From Octopus vulgaris (Eukaryota): 64,000 nt of DNA. The position numbers and the translations under genes were made by a program. Location of the stretch: positions 80,352,001-80,416,000 of the forward strand of contig OX597820.1 of assembly GCA_951406725.2 (NCBI GenBank), in the 5' to 3' direction. Shown here piece by piece: positions 52,526 to 64,000 of the stretch. The notes under the pieces are model-generated. The model did no database searches. It had not been told where the DNA came from and worked only from the letters and a program-made list of their open reading frames with translations. Positions within the stretch are counted from its first letter, which is position 1. The number at the start of each line of letters is the position of its first letter.

Positions 52526-53514
52526 AGTATATACATATGGCATAAACAATGTTCTGATAGAACAACATAGAGCCAAAATCTTGACATTGCCAAACCTGTC
52601 TCCTGAAGTGTACGTTCATTGTCAGGGCCAGAAAATAGTTCAGCTCTGATCAGCTGCTGAACCTCAACAAAACACAAATGTTACTCACATGAGCACTGCT
52701 CACATATCTCAAGAGCTACTACTGTTAATATACACACACACACACTGTCAAATATCATAGACCACATTTACATCAAAGACAGCTGGATGATTTCAAAACA
52801 TTTGCTCACCAGCTTGCTATGGTTATTATCCACTGATACTAAGGTGGGGGGTGTGGCTGTGTGGTTAAGAAGCTTGCTTCCAAACCATGTGGTCTTAGGT
52901 TCAGTCCCACTGTGTGGAACCTTAGGCAAGTGTCTTCTACTAAAGCCTCGTGAGTGGATTTGAAAGACAACACTGTGTCTAGATGTCATGTTATGATTGT
53001 AAATGAAGACATGCCTGTCATACAAGTGGAGCTGTTCATTTGCAGTCTTCTGTGAAAAACATGTCAAGCGTGGGGATAGTATTACCCTGCTTGGAAATAT
53101 TTGGGTGTCTGGCCATAGAAAATCTGTCTTATCAAATTTCTATCTGATCAATGAGTTAATTTCAGTGGTGAACAGATTGCCCTATTTTATCACAATACTG
53201 TTGCTCATCCAGCCACTCGTATTAATTAGTTCAATTAGATAATATAACATACTAATTATTTTTAAAATACTATCATGTGACCACATGGTCTTCAGAACAA
53301 GGGTTGTTTTTTTTCCTTTTCTTTTTAGCACAGTTTTTATGTTGACACAATTTGTTTGCTGGGATTGTTGTTGCTTGAATGAAGGAAGGCCATCATTACA
53401 TGTGGCAGCGGTCATTCCTATTTCAAATTGGGATATTGACAAGGCATGGAAATTCTAAACTAATGAATGTGGCTGGGCAGTTAAGCAGCTTGCCGACAAG
53501 CATTTGGGTTAACA

Positions 53515-53860
53515 CCACCATTAGGGTTAATTCTTCTCTGTTCTTTCACTATTAGGGTTAGCATTTCTCTGCTCTTTCACTCTTAGGGTTAAGATTAGGG
53601 TTAATTCTCCTCTGCTCAGTCACCATTAGGGTTAATTCTTCGCTGCTCTTTCACTATTAGGGTTAACATTAGGGTTTAGTTTTCTCAGCTCTTTCACTGT
53701 TAGGGTTAAGATTAGAGTTAATTCTCCTCTGCTCAGTCACCATTAGGGTTAATTCTTCGCTGCTCTTTCACTATTAGGGTTAACATTAGGGTTTAGTTTT
53801 CTCAGCTCTTTCACTGTTAGGGTTAAGATTAGGGTTAATTCTCCTGCTCTGTCACCATTA
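53515..53860. repeat. TTAGGG-containing minisatellite (~31-43 bp subunits, 117-bp higher-order period)
   Basis: TTAGGGTTAAGATTAG block starts at 53583, 53700 and 53817. Confidence 0.9.
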
Positions 53861-53959
53861 TCATTCAGTGATATGAACAAATACAATCTACAAATCATGG
53901 TAGCAGACATTTTGATGAGTTTGCAGAACTGAAGGGTTACTTTGCAATATTTTATTTCA

Positions 53960-54360
53960 TTTACTTTTTACTTATTTCAGTTATTGGTTTGTGGCCATGC
54001 TGGAGCACTGCCTTGAAGGGTTTTAGCCAAACAGATTGATCCCAGTATGAATTTTTAAGTCTAGTACTTGTTCTATCATCCTCTCTTGCCAAAGCACTGA
54101 GTTAGTGGGATGTAAACAAACCAACACCATTTGTCAAGTAGTGTGTGGTGTGGCAAACACATGTATACAAGTACACACACACACACACACACGATGTGTT
54201 TCCACTAGTTTTTGTTTACCAAATTCATTTACAAGACACTGATCAATCTGGGAGTATAGTTGAAGAGACTTACCCAAGGTGTTCTGCAGTGGAACTGAAC
54301 CCCAGACCACATGGTTTGGAAGCTAGCTTTTTAACCACACTGCCATCCGTGCACCTATAG
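53960..54360 (-). mobile_element. Old diverged major SINE
   Basis: Reverse-complement similarity to the consensus. Confidence 0.7.
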
Positions 54361-54564
54361 AAAGCATATTAAAAGATGCTGATGTCATTATTATTTAGCC
54401 CTAGGTCTGTTATGGTCTCACAGACCTGTAACCAATACCATCCAGCCATACCCATTCCATCTTATTTCCTACTTTAATATTTCCAGAACCACATTCTCTG
54501 ATGTATCCTTCCCTTTTCTAAGATGATTGGTTGTGATTTGAAGGAGAATTACTTGCTAATATTT

Positions 54565-56300
54565 TACACCCCTATTCATGGCTTGGGCAGCTCTCATATG
54601 CCAGTTGAAGGCTTTCTCCAGGTCAATGAACACCATGTACCGCAGTTTACTATTGGTTAAATGCTTCTCCTGAAGTTGCCTTACTATGAAGAGAGCATCA
54701 GTAGTACTTCTTCCTGGCATCAAACTAAACTGCATCTCATCTAGGTTAAATCTGTTTCCACTTACTTTGAGCTCTAACTCTTTTCTGAAACTTTTGTGAC
54801 CTGATCCAATAATTCAATATGTCTGTAATTATTCCTCTCTAAAGCTTCTTTTTGACCCTTGTCGCAGTTGGCTACAGTACTGTTCCACCAATCATTACAT
54901 GTCATACCGTCCTGTACAACCTGATTAATTATAAGACTGACTAGGTCTGACATTTTAGGCATTCCAGCAGTAATTCTTGAAGGACCAGGGACTTTTCCTA
55001 TCTTCATATCTTTAATTGCTTTGTTTGTCATACTGGAAGATTCTCTTTCTCCCATGCATTTTCTGAATTCAATGGGCTTTCATTGTAGCACATCCACACC
55101 TGTTTCTTTTCAGAATCAATACGTACAAGAGTACCTTTAGCCATCCATACACACTCTCTCTTGCATTATCTAGATTTTCTCTGATATTCTTGCAATCTGG
55201 AACACCACATCACTCTGTTCCTCACACAGAACATTGGAAAACCTCTTTCTTTCAGTTTCTTCTTCTTGCTAAATATACCTGTCGCCTAGCTTCTCTACTA
55301 GCTACCTGGTATAATACTCTGCTACTCCATTCTTCCGATCCTTCCTAACCTACCTCTGCTTTTATGGTTGCATCTACTTCACTGTTCTATCACCACATCA
55401 CACTTGATCTGGCTGGGACCTGACACCAGCCCACAGATTTAGTCTGTAGCCCTCAGTAGGTTAGCCCATAACAACTCCCAGTTGTTCTCTGTTATATGTC
55501 TCCTTCTCTTTAAATACCTCACATAGAATATCTCTAAATCTCTAACTGTTCAACGGAAATTTAAACTTCCATGTCTTTTTTTCCAGATTGGTTTGCACCT
55601 CCGAGTTCTTTTAACTCTAAGCATGAAGGCACTAACTACTAACCTCTGCTGGGTTGTACATTCTTCACCAGGGAACGACTTTGCATGTACTACCATCAGT
55701 CCCACTTTCTGGTGAAAATGTAGTCGATCTGGCATGTGTGCTCACCATGTTGATAGGGCATCAGGTGACTCTAGTTCCTGAAGTTTGTGTTGCAGATCAT
55801 TTTGCATCACAGAAATCCAAGACCCTCGTTCCCTCCTCATTTTGGAAACCAAATCTATAACCTCCATGCACAACATGGAATCCACCAGAATACTGTTCAA
55901 CTTGTGTATTAAAGTCACCATCCATGAAAATAAGGTCACTGTCATTAGTCATTGAGGTAGTCTGGAAAAGAGCATCATAAGACGGTTCTTTTGTTTGTAC
56001 TACAGTCCTGATTCAGGAGCACAAGCAGAGGTAAAAGTTGCTGTTATATTAATTACCCCATTGCACACTTTGACTACATCAATCACTTTATCCATCCATT
56101 TTCTGCTAAAAGTATGTCCACAACCTTTGCAGAAGAATTTATACCTATATTCTTTGCCTGTGAGAAATCTTGTTGAAGTCCCCCTTCATCTTACCTCTTG
56201 CACTCAGCACACATCTACATGCCTATATTCTAGCATTTCAACAGTCTTACCAAACCTACCTTTCATTGTGCCTACATTGATTGTAGCTGCCCGAAGGTTG
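54565..56300 (-). mobile_element. RTE-clade LINE (APE endonuclease to RT start), heavily decayed
   Basis: LRAATINVGTMKGR..EMLEYRHVDVC, SACAP, KSFPGEECTTQQRLVV, GKVPGPS, NYRHIELL, VFIDLEKAF. Confidence 0.85.
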
Positions 56301-57652
56301 TAGACTTGATAGGAAGAGTGGGTGGGTACTGAGGAACAGCTTCCAACATCTGTAAAGAAGAAATTGTGTGGGAACATTTGCTGCAAGTAAACTGCTCTTG
56401 CTGCACATTGTCAAATAAGCTTTGTTTGCTTTTCAGTAAACATCTCTTATTGAGATGTGTTTAGTCTTCTACTTGGTGACCTCACTAGTGCTGGTGCCAC
56501 ATAGAAAGCACCCAGTACAGTCTGTAAAAGGATTGGAATTAGGAGGATTATCTAATGATGAAAACCGTATCAAAGCAGACATTGGAGCACAAAGAGGTCC
56601 TCTGACTCATCAGATCCTATTGAACTGTCCAACTCAGCCAGCATAGAAGATGGATATTAAATGAAGATGTTCAGTTGTCAGTTAGAAGCTGAAATTTCCA
56701 TTCATAAAAACCCTACATGTATTTGAAATATTTTATGATAAATTCTATTCAGAGGAGATATCTACCTCAGTTGAAATTTCTTTCATGTGTTTTCTGTAAA
56801 ATTTAAGAGACAGGATTCCAACCTTTAGATTCTATATCCATGTTAAAAGTCTCATGTTAAAGGTCCATTTAAAATTGATTACACTTACCATTGAAACCAG
56901 ATCAAGTTTTGTGTGTAGGGGGTACAATTGAATGAAACTATGCCAATATGTGTGCTGTTTTCATTTTAAGAGTATTGGAATTATTTTTGTGGGGTTTGAG
57001 ACATTTGGGCACAACTGTTTTTGCATCAATGATTTGTTACTGACTTATGTGACACACATTTTAATGTATCCTTCATTTTCTCTCTGTCTATGTGTGTACC
57101 TACTTCTCTTTGTATGTGTGTGTGTGGTGTGAAGAAAGGGAAAATGTTTGTCAGTCCTGTTAAAGTGATAAAGGATAATCTCTATCTCTCTCTCACATGC
57201 ACAGTATTTGTATATTAATGTGTGTGTGCATGCTTGCCTCCATTGCTGAAGCCCACTGAACGTCTTGTCAGCGCCTGCATTCAATCTGCTATCTCCAGTT
57301 GTCTCATTCCATTCCTGCAACCCCCAAATGTTATTAGCTTTTAAAAATACAATCAATTAAACAATGTCACATGGACAACTGTAATTAATGGCACATGTGG
57401 TGTGTTCATCATTGTCCCTGATGCAAGTCTACAAAGAAGTATGTTGTTCATTTATTGGCCACAGGAAGATGGAAAATGTAGACAACCATGGAAGGTTTTA
57501 AAAGTAAAATTTTATTGGAACTTAGCTATAACTACACTAGTGGAGTCCTTTAGTCTGTAATAGGTTTTATTTTCAATCATTTCCATCATTGATAATGTGT
57601 ATATCACAGATTTCTTAGTGTTGAAGACATTAACATCATTGTTAGTTATCTA

Positions 57653-57860
57653 AGGCGGCGAGCTGGCAGAAATGTTAGCACACTGGGCAAAATGCATAGC
57701 GGTATCGTCTGTCTTTACATTCTGAGTTCAAATTCTGTCGAGGTCGACTTTGCCCTTAATCCTTTCAGGGTTGATAAAATAAATATCAGTTGTGTACTGG
57801 AGTCAATCTAATTGGCTGGCCTCCTCCCCCAAAATTTCAGGTCTGATGCCTAGAGTAGAA
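57653..57860 (+). mobile_element. Second SINE family copy
   Basis: GGCGGCGAGCTGGCAGAA head. Confidence 0.8.
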
Positions 57861-58914
57861 AAGATTATTGTTAATTATCTATTTATCCTCATTTATTATG
57901 AGGCTTTGGTCCCCCCCCCAAAAAAAAACCCAATGATAAACGGATCACCCCCATGCCTTTTGTAACCCATGGCCCTCAGCTGCCATCTATTCTCTTGACA
58001 GTTTCTTTGCTTTTTCCTGTAGAGATTATTTTCGTCTGTATTGTTTGGTTGGATCAGGCACCTTTATATTTTTTTCTCTTCGCTGATCTCATATTGATGG
58101 GTACCTGTATGTAAATCTGTGTAAAAAAAAAAAAAAAAAAAAATACGCAGCCTCACGGCATGGTAATGTGAACACTAACGATATTGCATTCTGGGTACCT
58201 GAGTATTGGTGGGTGGTCGCTGGGGTGCGTTTTTGCAGCACACGTAGTAGAATCTTGTGTTATCAAAAATCAATTTGTGACAAGTATTGACATTGTGCAC
58301 TAATGTGTGTACTGTGTTATCCTGGATCAGTGATAAACGAGGCTACATGTAGACTGAAATGTCAATAACAAGATCTTTGTTATAACATACACCATGCTGA
58401 TTTCCCTCAAATTTCTTTACTTTCACATTACTATTAGGGCCGGATTGATATTGAATTATCTCCCTTACTCATTCAACACTATTTTCCTTCATTGAGAATT
58501 TACGTTTTGCATATAATTGATATTTACAAAAACACCTGTGAATTTAATGTCTTTACAACAAAATGTTGGTGAAATGTTTATTGCCTTTTTTTAGATGGAT
58601 TAGAGACAATAACAAAGAATGTCTTCTCCCATCGAAGGAAAAAGCAGAAAAACATTGTGTCTCCATTTCACAAAACATCAACTTACTTAAATTTATCTGT
58701 TTGAAAGAATTTTTGTACTGATTTCGTTAAATCCATTCTATCAGACAAATGCTAAACTGTTTGAGTTTGGTGAAAGGTGGAATACTCTCTGTTCTTGGTG
58801 AGTATCGTCAAGCATATAAACGCAGGAAATAAAAATTTCATGGACAATAATAACTATTATACGTACATAGCTTTCTAGAACTAATCTTAAATAGATTAAG
58901 TTTCTGAGTAAAAG

Positions 58915-58946
<32 letters not shown>

Positions 58947-60444
58947 AACGTATATTGAAATGTGAGTTCATAGTGTCTGTTTTGCTGACAAGATCCAATA
59001 ACACATATCTATCTCATTAACTAAGATCAAATTTCCCATTATACATGAGAAGTTTTTTTTTTTCATTCTTAATTTAATGAAATTATTTTCCCCTCACTCT
59101 TTTCAAGTCTTGCTCATGTATACCCCTAGGTTTTTGTTTTCTCTCTCTCACTAAGAGGAAATTTGAATACATTAATAATGTTCTGCCTATGTCATTCAAT
59201 ACTCTCACACATGTATTTGTGTAGTTCTTCACTTTTGTTTATTAATTTTAAACAACTGTTCAAGGTTCAGGAATTGTGTATACTCTGGTAATGTTTACCA
59301 AATATACAGTGCTTAGACATCATTGTTCAATTGTTTGTTTGGTTTGGTTTGGTTTGGTCAAAAGTCAGTTTAAACTAGTTGTGTCTGGAGAAAGCCCATT
59401 TAGTTTGAATTCTTTCAATGAAGATGAGACATTACTTTGGTATTTAAGATTTTAAAATTTTAGTTGTCAGTTTTTGTACCGATTTTCTAGAAATCAGTTT
59501 TGAAAGGAAAAAAAAAAACTAAATGATGGTCAACTGGAAGACAACCTGTCATTCTGTTAATATTTCAAATAAGACCATCAAAGACATATCAAGAAACCCA
59601 AAGAACTCGTCCAAATGTCAAAGTCAGAGTTGTGCAAGATGTCACTCAATAATCAGGAACCGAGACCGAATTTTTACTCAAACAACTACAGAGAATTATC
59701 ATGTACCTATTCGTGAGATACCTATTTGTGAACAGGACAAATATATCTCAACAATTAGCCCTGTGCTCAGCCCATTGGCTCATTTGGAATATTCGCGCAG
59801 ATTAAAGGGGTCATTAATTAAAAAACAGGTATTTTACTAATTTGTGATTTAATCACTTTTTAAAATTACTTGAAGCAGTGATAAGTTCAGTTTTCATTCT
59901 TTTAGCTAATTAGTGCCCCAGTATTTTTTAAAATTTATTACCAAAAATCTTTTTTTATACAACTTTATCTGATACTAAATATATAAAAAAAATTTTATTA
60001 CAGTATTTGAAAGACATTCCAGTCTTGATGACTAAAGACATCTCAGAAAAATACAGGTGTTGCAGAAATATGATGGATTATCCTTCTGTTCCAACAAAAA
60101 AAAAAGGACCATGGGCACGAATGGGTTAATATATATTTCATTTATTCAAGTGGTCATCTCGCAGGACCATTAGCACACTGGGCAATATTTTGTTCATCAT
60201 TACTTTCTGAGTTCAAATACGTCTGAAGTCAGCTTTGCCATTTCTCTTTTCAGTAAAACAGTAGGCAGTGGGTGGGTTAACTGACCCACTTTTACTCCCC
60301 TGCACTCACTGGTTTTGTGCTGAAATTTGAAACCAATATATATTTCAGTTATTAGCAAAAAGCTTATTATCAAAGAGTTTGTATTGATGATGAAATATGG
60401 ATCCCTTTATCGAATCAGTATTATTTTTTTGCTTTGATATTACA

Positions 60445-60735
60445 GCATGGCACCTTGGGCTAGTGTCTTCTATAGCCCCTGGTTAGTCAATCTTGTGAGT
60501 GAATTTGGTAGGTAGAAACTGTGTGGAAGCCCATCATGTGTGTGTATGTGTCTGTGTTTGCCCCCTCTACCATTGTTTAACAACCACCAGTGTTGGTTTG
60601 TTTACATTCCTGTAACTCAGCAGTTGAGCAAAAGAAACAAAATAGGTACCAGGCTTAAAAGAAACAGTACAAAACCCTTCTAGGTGGTGCCCCAGCATGG
60701 CCGCAGTCCACTGACTGAAACAAGTAAACAATCAA
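60445..60735 (+). mobile_element. Major SINE, 5'-truncated
   Basis: Body and tail similarity. Confidence 0.75.
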
Positions 60736-60896
60736 AGATATATTGTCAGCTTCACTCTATTGAAATGTTATTTTATTCCTTTCCTAAACCAATAATACAA
60801 TTACTATTTTAGATAATTGCATTTTCAAGTTTCTTTATTGTTTTATTCATGCTTAAACTGTGTTTATTATCAACTCGTTCCCTTTTCATTAATTAG

Positions 60897-61001
<105 letters not shown>

Positions 61002-61254
61002 TAAACCGTTTCTAGTTGTTCAGTTCCTATGATTCTTGAGAAAGAAAACAGTTACAGCATTCGTATTTTTGTTCTTATTTGTTGGGTTTTTGTTTTATTC
61101 CTTTGTTATTTCACTGAAGTTGTGTTTAAGATCTAAAATACCATTGGGGACTCTTTTACAACCACTTCACCTTTCTTTAAATTGCATCGACATCAGTTGG
61201 ATAAAGTTACAATCTTGAAACGGTCATTGCCAAATCTTAGTTCGCAATCTCACA

Positions 61255-61418
61255 TATGTGCAGGCACGGCTGTTTGCTAAGAAGTTTGCTTCCCAACCAC
61301 TTGGCTTCAGGTTCAGTCCTACTGCACAGCACCTTCGGCAAGTGTCTTCTATAGCCCAATGTCAATAAAAGCCTTGTGTGTGGATTTGGTTGATGGAAAC
61401 TGAAAAGAGCCTGTCATG

Positions 61419-61452
<34 letters not shown>

Positions 61453-61625
61453 TATAGACACAAGCAGGCATGGGTGTGTGGTAAGTAGCTTGCTTACCAA
61501 CCACATGGTTCCAGGTAGGTCCCACTGCATGGCACCTTGGGCAAGTGTCTTCTACTATAGCCTCAGGCCAACCAAAGCCTTGTGAGTGGATTTGGTAGAC
61601 AGAAACTGAAAGAAGGCTTTTGTGC
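61255..61625 (+). mobile_element. Two major-SINE 5' halves in tandem
   Basis: Heads at ~61258 and ~61465. Confidence 0.75.
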
Positions 61626-62000
61626 GTGTGTGTGTGTTTGTGCATTACCTTACTTGGGGTGAGGGTTGATGATAGGACATCTGACCATAGAAAATTTGCT
61701 TCATACAAATTGTCCACTCCATTCAAGCATGGAAAAGTGGATGTTCAGTGATGATAGTCATATATATATATATATATATGTATTTACATATGAGACCAAA
61801 GTCGCCATATGTATATAAAAAAGAATGCAAAAAATGGGGCAAGAACACAAAACATTCAGACAGTTAGATGGTACAAAAAAGGGACAAGAAAAAAAGAGAT
61901 GGGTCTGCATTCTTATCCCATCTTTTGTATTCCTTTATATATATATGTGTGTGTGTGCATGTGTGTGTATATGTATATGTGTTTAAGTGTTGTGTATATA

Positions 62001-62032
<32 letters not shown>

Positions 62033-62034
<2 letters not shown>

Positions 62035-62250
62035 GTAATCCCTTGCCATATCGTGGTTCACCTATTGTGGTTTATTATTTAAGCTTATGTCGATTCCTCT
62101 GTGGTGTTGGTTTGCATCTATAATAAAATAAATATATACAAATTATAAGAATAAAATAATATACAGTACAGTACTGTTTCTATTTTGCGAATTTTCACCT
62201 ATCGCAGGGTTTTTGGGAAAGTAACACCCACAATAATCGAGGGATTACTG
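62033..62250. mobile_element. Tc1/pogo (Tigger-like) MITE
   Basis: Terminal inverted repeats (T)AGTAATCCCTTG / CGAGGGATTACTG within TA context. Confidence 0.65.
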
Positions 62251-62280
62251 TATATATATATATATATACATACATACATA

Positions 62281-62660
62281 CAGGGTATGAGAGGTATTTG
62301 AGGACATATTTAGTAAATTAAATTTATTATTTAATTTAATAAAACAGTGCTAATCTAATAAAAATCAAATGTATTTTAATCAAGATTTGTGTAAATGTTC
62401 TTGGTAAATTTTCTTATGAGATTATTCTATGAATCAGCCTTCAGCTTTGATGACTGCTTCAATGCAGGACTGGAATCATTGATATTTCTGCACTATATGG
62501 TCTTTATTCATTCTGGACATCACCTGGACAGTGGCACCCTTCAGTGAAGCTATGTTAATGTGAGAATACCAGTTAATCTTTTGCACAAAGCTCCAAAAGG
62601 GTCTAACAGCCATCCTTGGTTTACATGGCTCTGCTGAGAAGAGCTGAGTCTTGCTCAAAT
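62281..62660 (-). mobile_element. Tc1/mariner transposase C-terminal remnant
   Basis: Minus strand reads FQSCIEAVIKAEG*FIE*, resembling the R.EAVI.A.GG.IE terminus of IS630-Tc1-mariner transposases. Confidence 0.55.
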
Positions 62661-62759
62661 ACATATATTCTATGTTATTCATCATCATCATTGTTTAACG
62701 TCAATTTTCGATGCTGACATGGGGGTCACAACTACAATTTCCATTTGATTTTGATGTAC

Positions 62760-63345
62760 TCGACTCAATAGGTCTCCTCAAGCGCAGCATGTCGCCCTAC
62801 GATCCAAGGTACTTTTGAGTGGGCTGGGGCTGGTTATGTGAGACTGGTGTAGGTTTCACCTGTGAACTCACTTTGTTTGCCTGGTCTTCACAGTCACAGC
62901 ATATATCCAGAGGTCCCAGTCATTCATCATTGCCTCTTTGAGGCCCAACATTCGATGGTCATGCTTCACCACCTCATCCTATGTCTTCCTGGGTCTACCT
63001 CTACCCCAAATTCCTTCAACTGTTTGGAAGTGGCACTTCTTCACACAGCTCTCCTCATCCACCTGTAGTACATGACCATACCAGCACAAACGCCTCTCTT
63101 GCACACCACATCCGATGCTTCTTCTGTTCAACTTTTCTCTCAGGGCGCTTAAACTCTGTTGTGTGTGCACACTGACATTACACATCCAGCGGATCATGCT
63201 AGCTTCATTTCTTTCAAGCTTACGTATGTCCTCAACAGTCATGGCCCATATTTCACTGCCGTGAAGCATGGCAGTTTGCACACATGCATCGTACAATCTA
63301 CCTTTCACTCTGAACGAGAGGCCTTTTGTCACCAGTAGGGGTAGC
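62760..63345 (-). mobile_element. RTE-clade LINE 3' end
   Basis: KGRLYDACVQTAMLHGSEIWA..RRLCWYGHVLQ..GRGRPRKT. Confidence 0.9.
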
Positions 63346-63553
63346 TAATCTAGTTTACACTGTGTAATATTGTTGAATATTATGAGAAAAGTAGTATATA
63401 AACAATCAACACAATAATTTTGGATCCCTGTGAAGGGGTTTGCGGTCAGGCTGAAACATTTTGAAATCCTCAAGCTGTATTGATCTTTAATTACATATCA
63501 GTGATTTGTATTGTATCATTTACATGTATTTTTGTTTATTCTCATTCTTCTAG

Positions 63554-63620
63554 TTGATGTTGAACATTCTCACATCCGTTTCCTTGGCAACCTAGTTCTC
63601 AACCTTTGGGATTGTGGTGG
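63554..63620 (+). CDS. RRAGA/B: RagA/B coding exon 3: (I)[21 protein letters not shown](G); gene continues beyond the window
   Basis: TTCTTCTAG acceptor, phase 1 compatible with exon 2, GTAAGT donor; WDCGG is the Rag G3 motif. Confidence 0.97.
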
Positions 63621-63756
63621 GTAAGTGCCCATATTTCAATGTATAATACACATCAGCACATTACAGGCACAAAGTAGCATGTAGAGCAGTCATTCTACAA
63701 TTGTTTTGAAAATTTCAGCTTTTCTCTGTATTATTTAAATAGCAATATGCAAGTTA

Positions 63757-63950
63757 TCATCATCATCATCATCGTTTAACATCCGCTTTCCATGCTGGCA
63801 TGGGTTCGATGATTTGACTGAGGACTGGCGAGCCAGAAGGCTGCACCAGGCTCCAATGTGATCTGGCAATATTTCTACAGCTGGATGTCCTTCCTAATGC
63901 CAACCACTCTGAGAGTGTAGTGGGTGCTTTTTACATGCCACCAGCATGTA
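63757..63950 (-). mobile_element. Short (ATG)n-tailed element, same family as 15474-15665
   Basis: High similarity between the two copies. Confidence 0.78.
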
Positions 63951-64000
63951 AGTTATGATAAAGCAAATGTTGCTGCTGAAGGAAAACATTTCATAAGGAT

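Noticed and set aside
59523-60128. piggyBac remnant (GGGTTAA end, Cys-containing ORF)
   Set aside because: No matching left end or recognisable transposase motif found

Overview
AT-rich, repeat-dense eukaryotic (animal) DNA. The mix of (TA)n/(TACA)n/(TAGA)n microsatellites and high-copy tRNA-derived SINEs resembles an octopus genome, which is an inference. The only supportable host protein gene is the 5' part of a RagA/B GTPase on the + strand: three coding exons (46548-46559, 60897-60996, 63554-63620) that the ORF track misses. Two identical initiator tRNA-Met genes lie in a ~0.9 kb local duplication. The rest is a 22-bp satellite (1-2865), decayed LINEs (RLE/R4-Dong-like, CR1/L2-like, Tx1-like, RTE), Penelope-like, Helitron and Tc1/mariner remnants, several SINE families and fold-backs. 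The most interesting signal is a set of type I hammerhead ribozyme motifs, several with intact cores and palindromic stem III. Most sit in short elements next to or bracketed by (TA)n. Two belong to a tRNA-headed, hammerhead-carrying SINE present as an inverted pair inside Rag intron 1. Almost all listed ORFs are repeat artefacts or TE debris. Repeat boundaries are approximate (read by eye).
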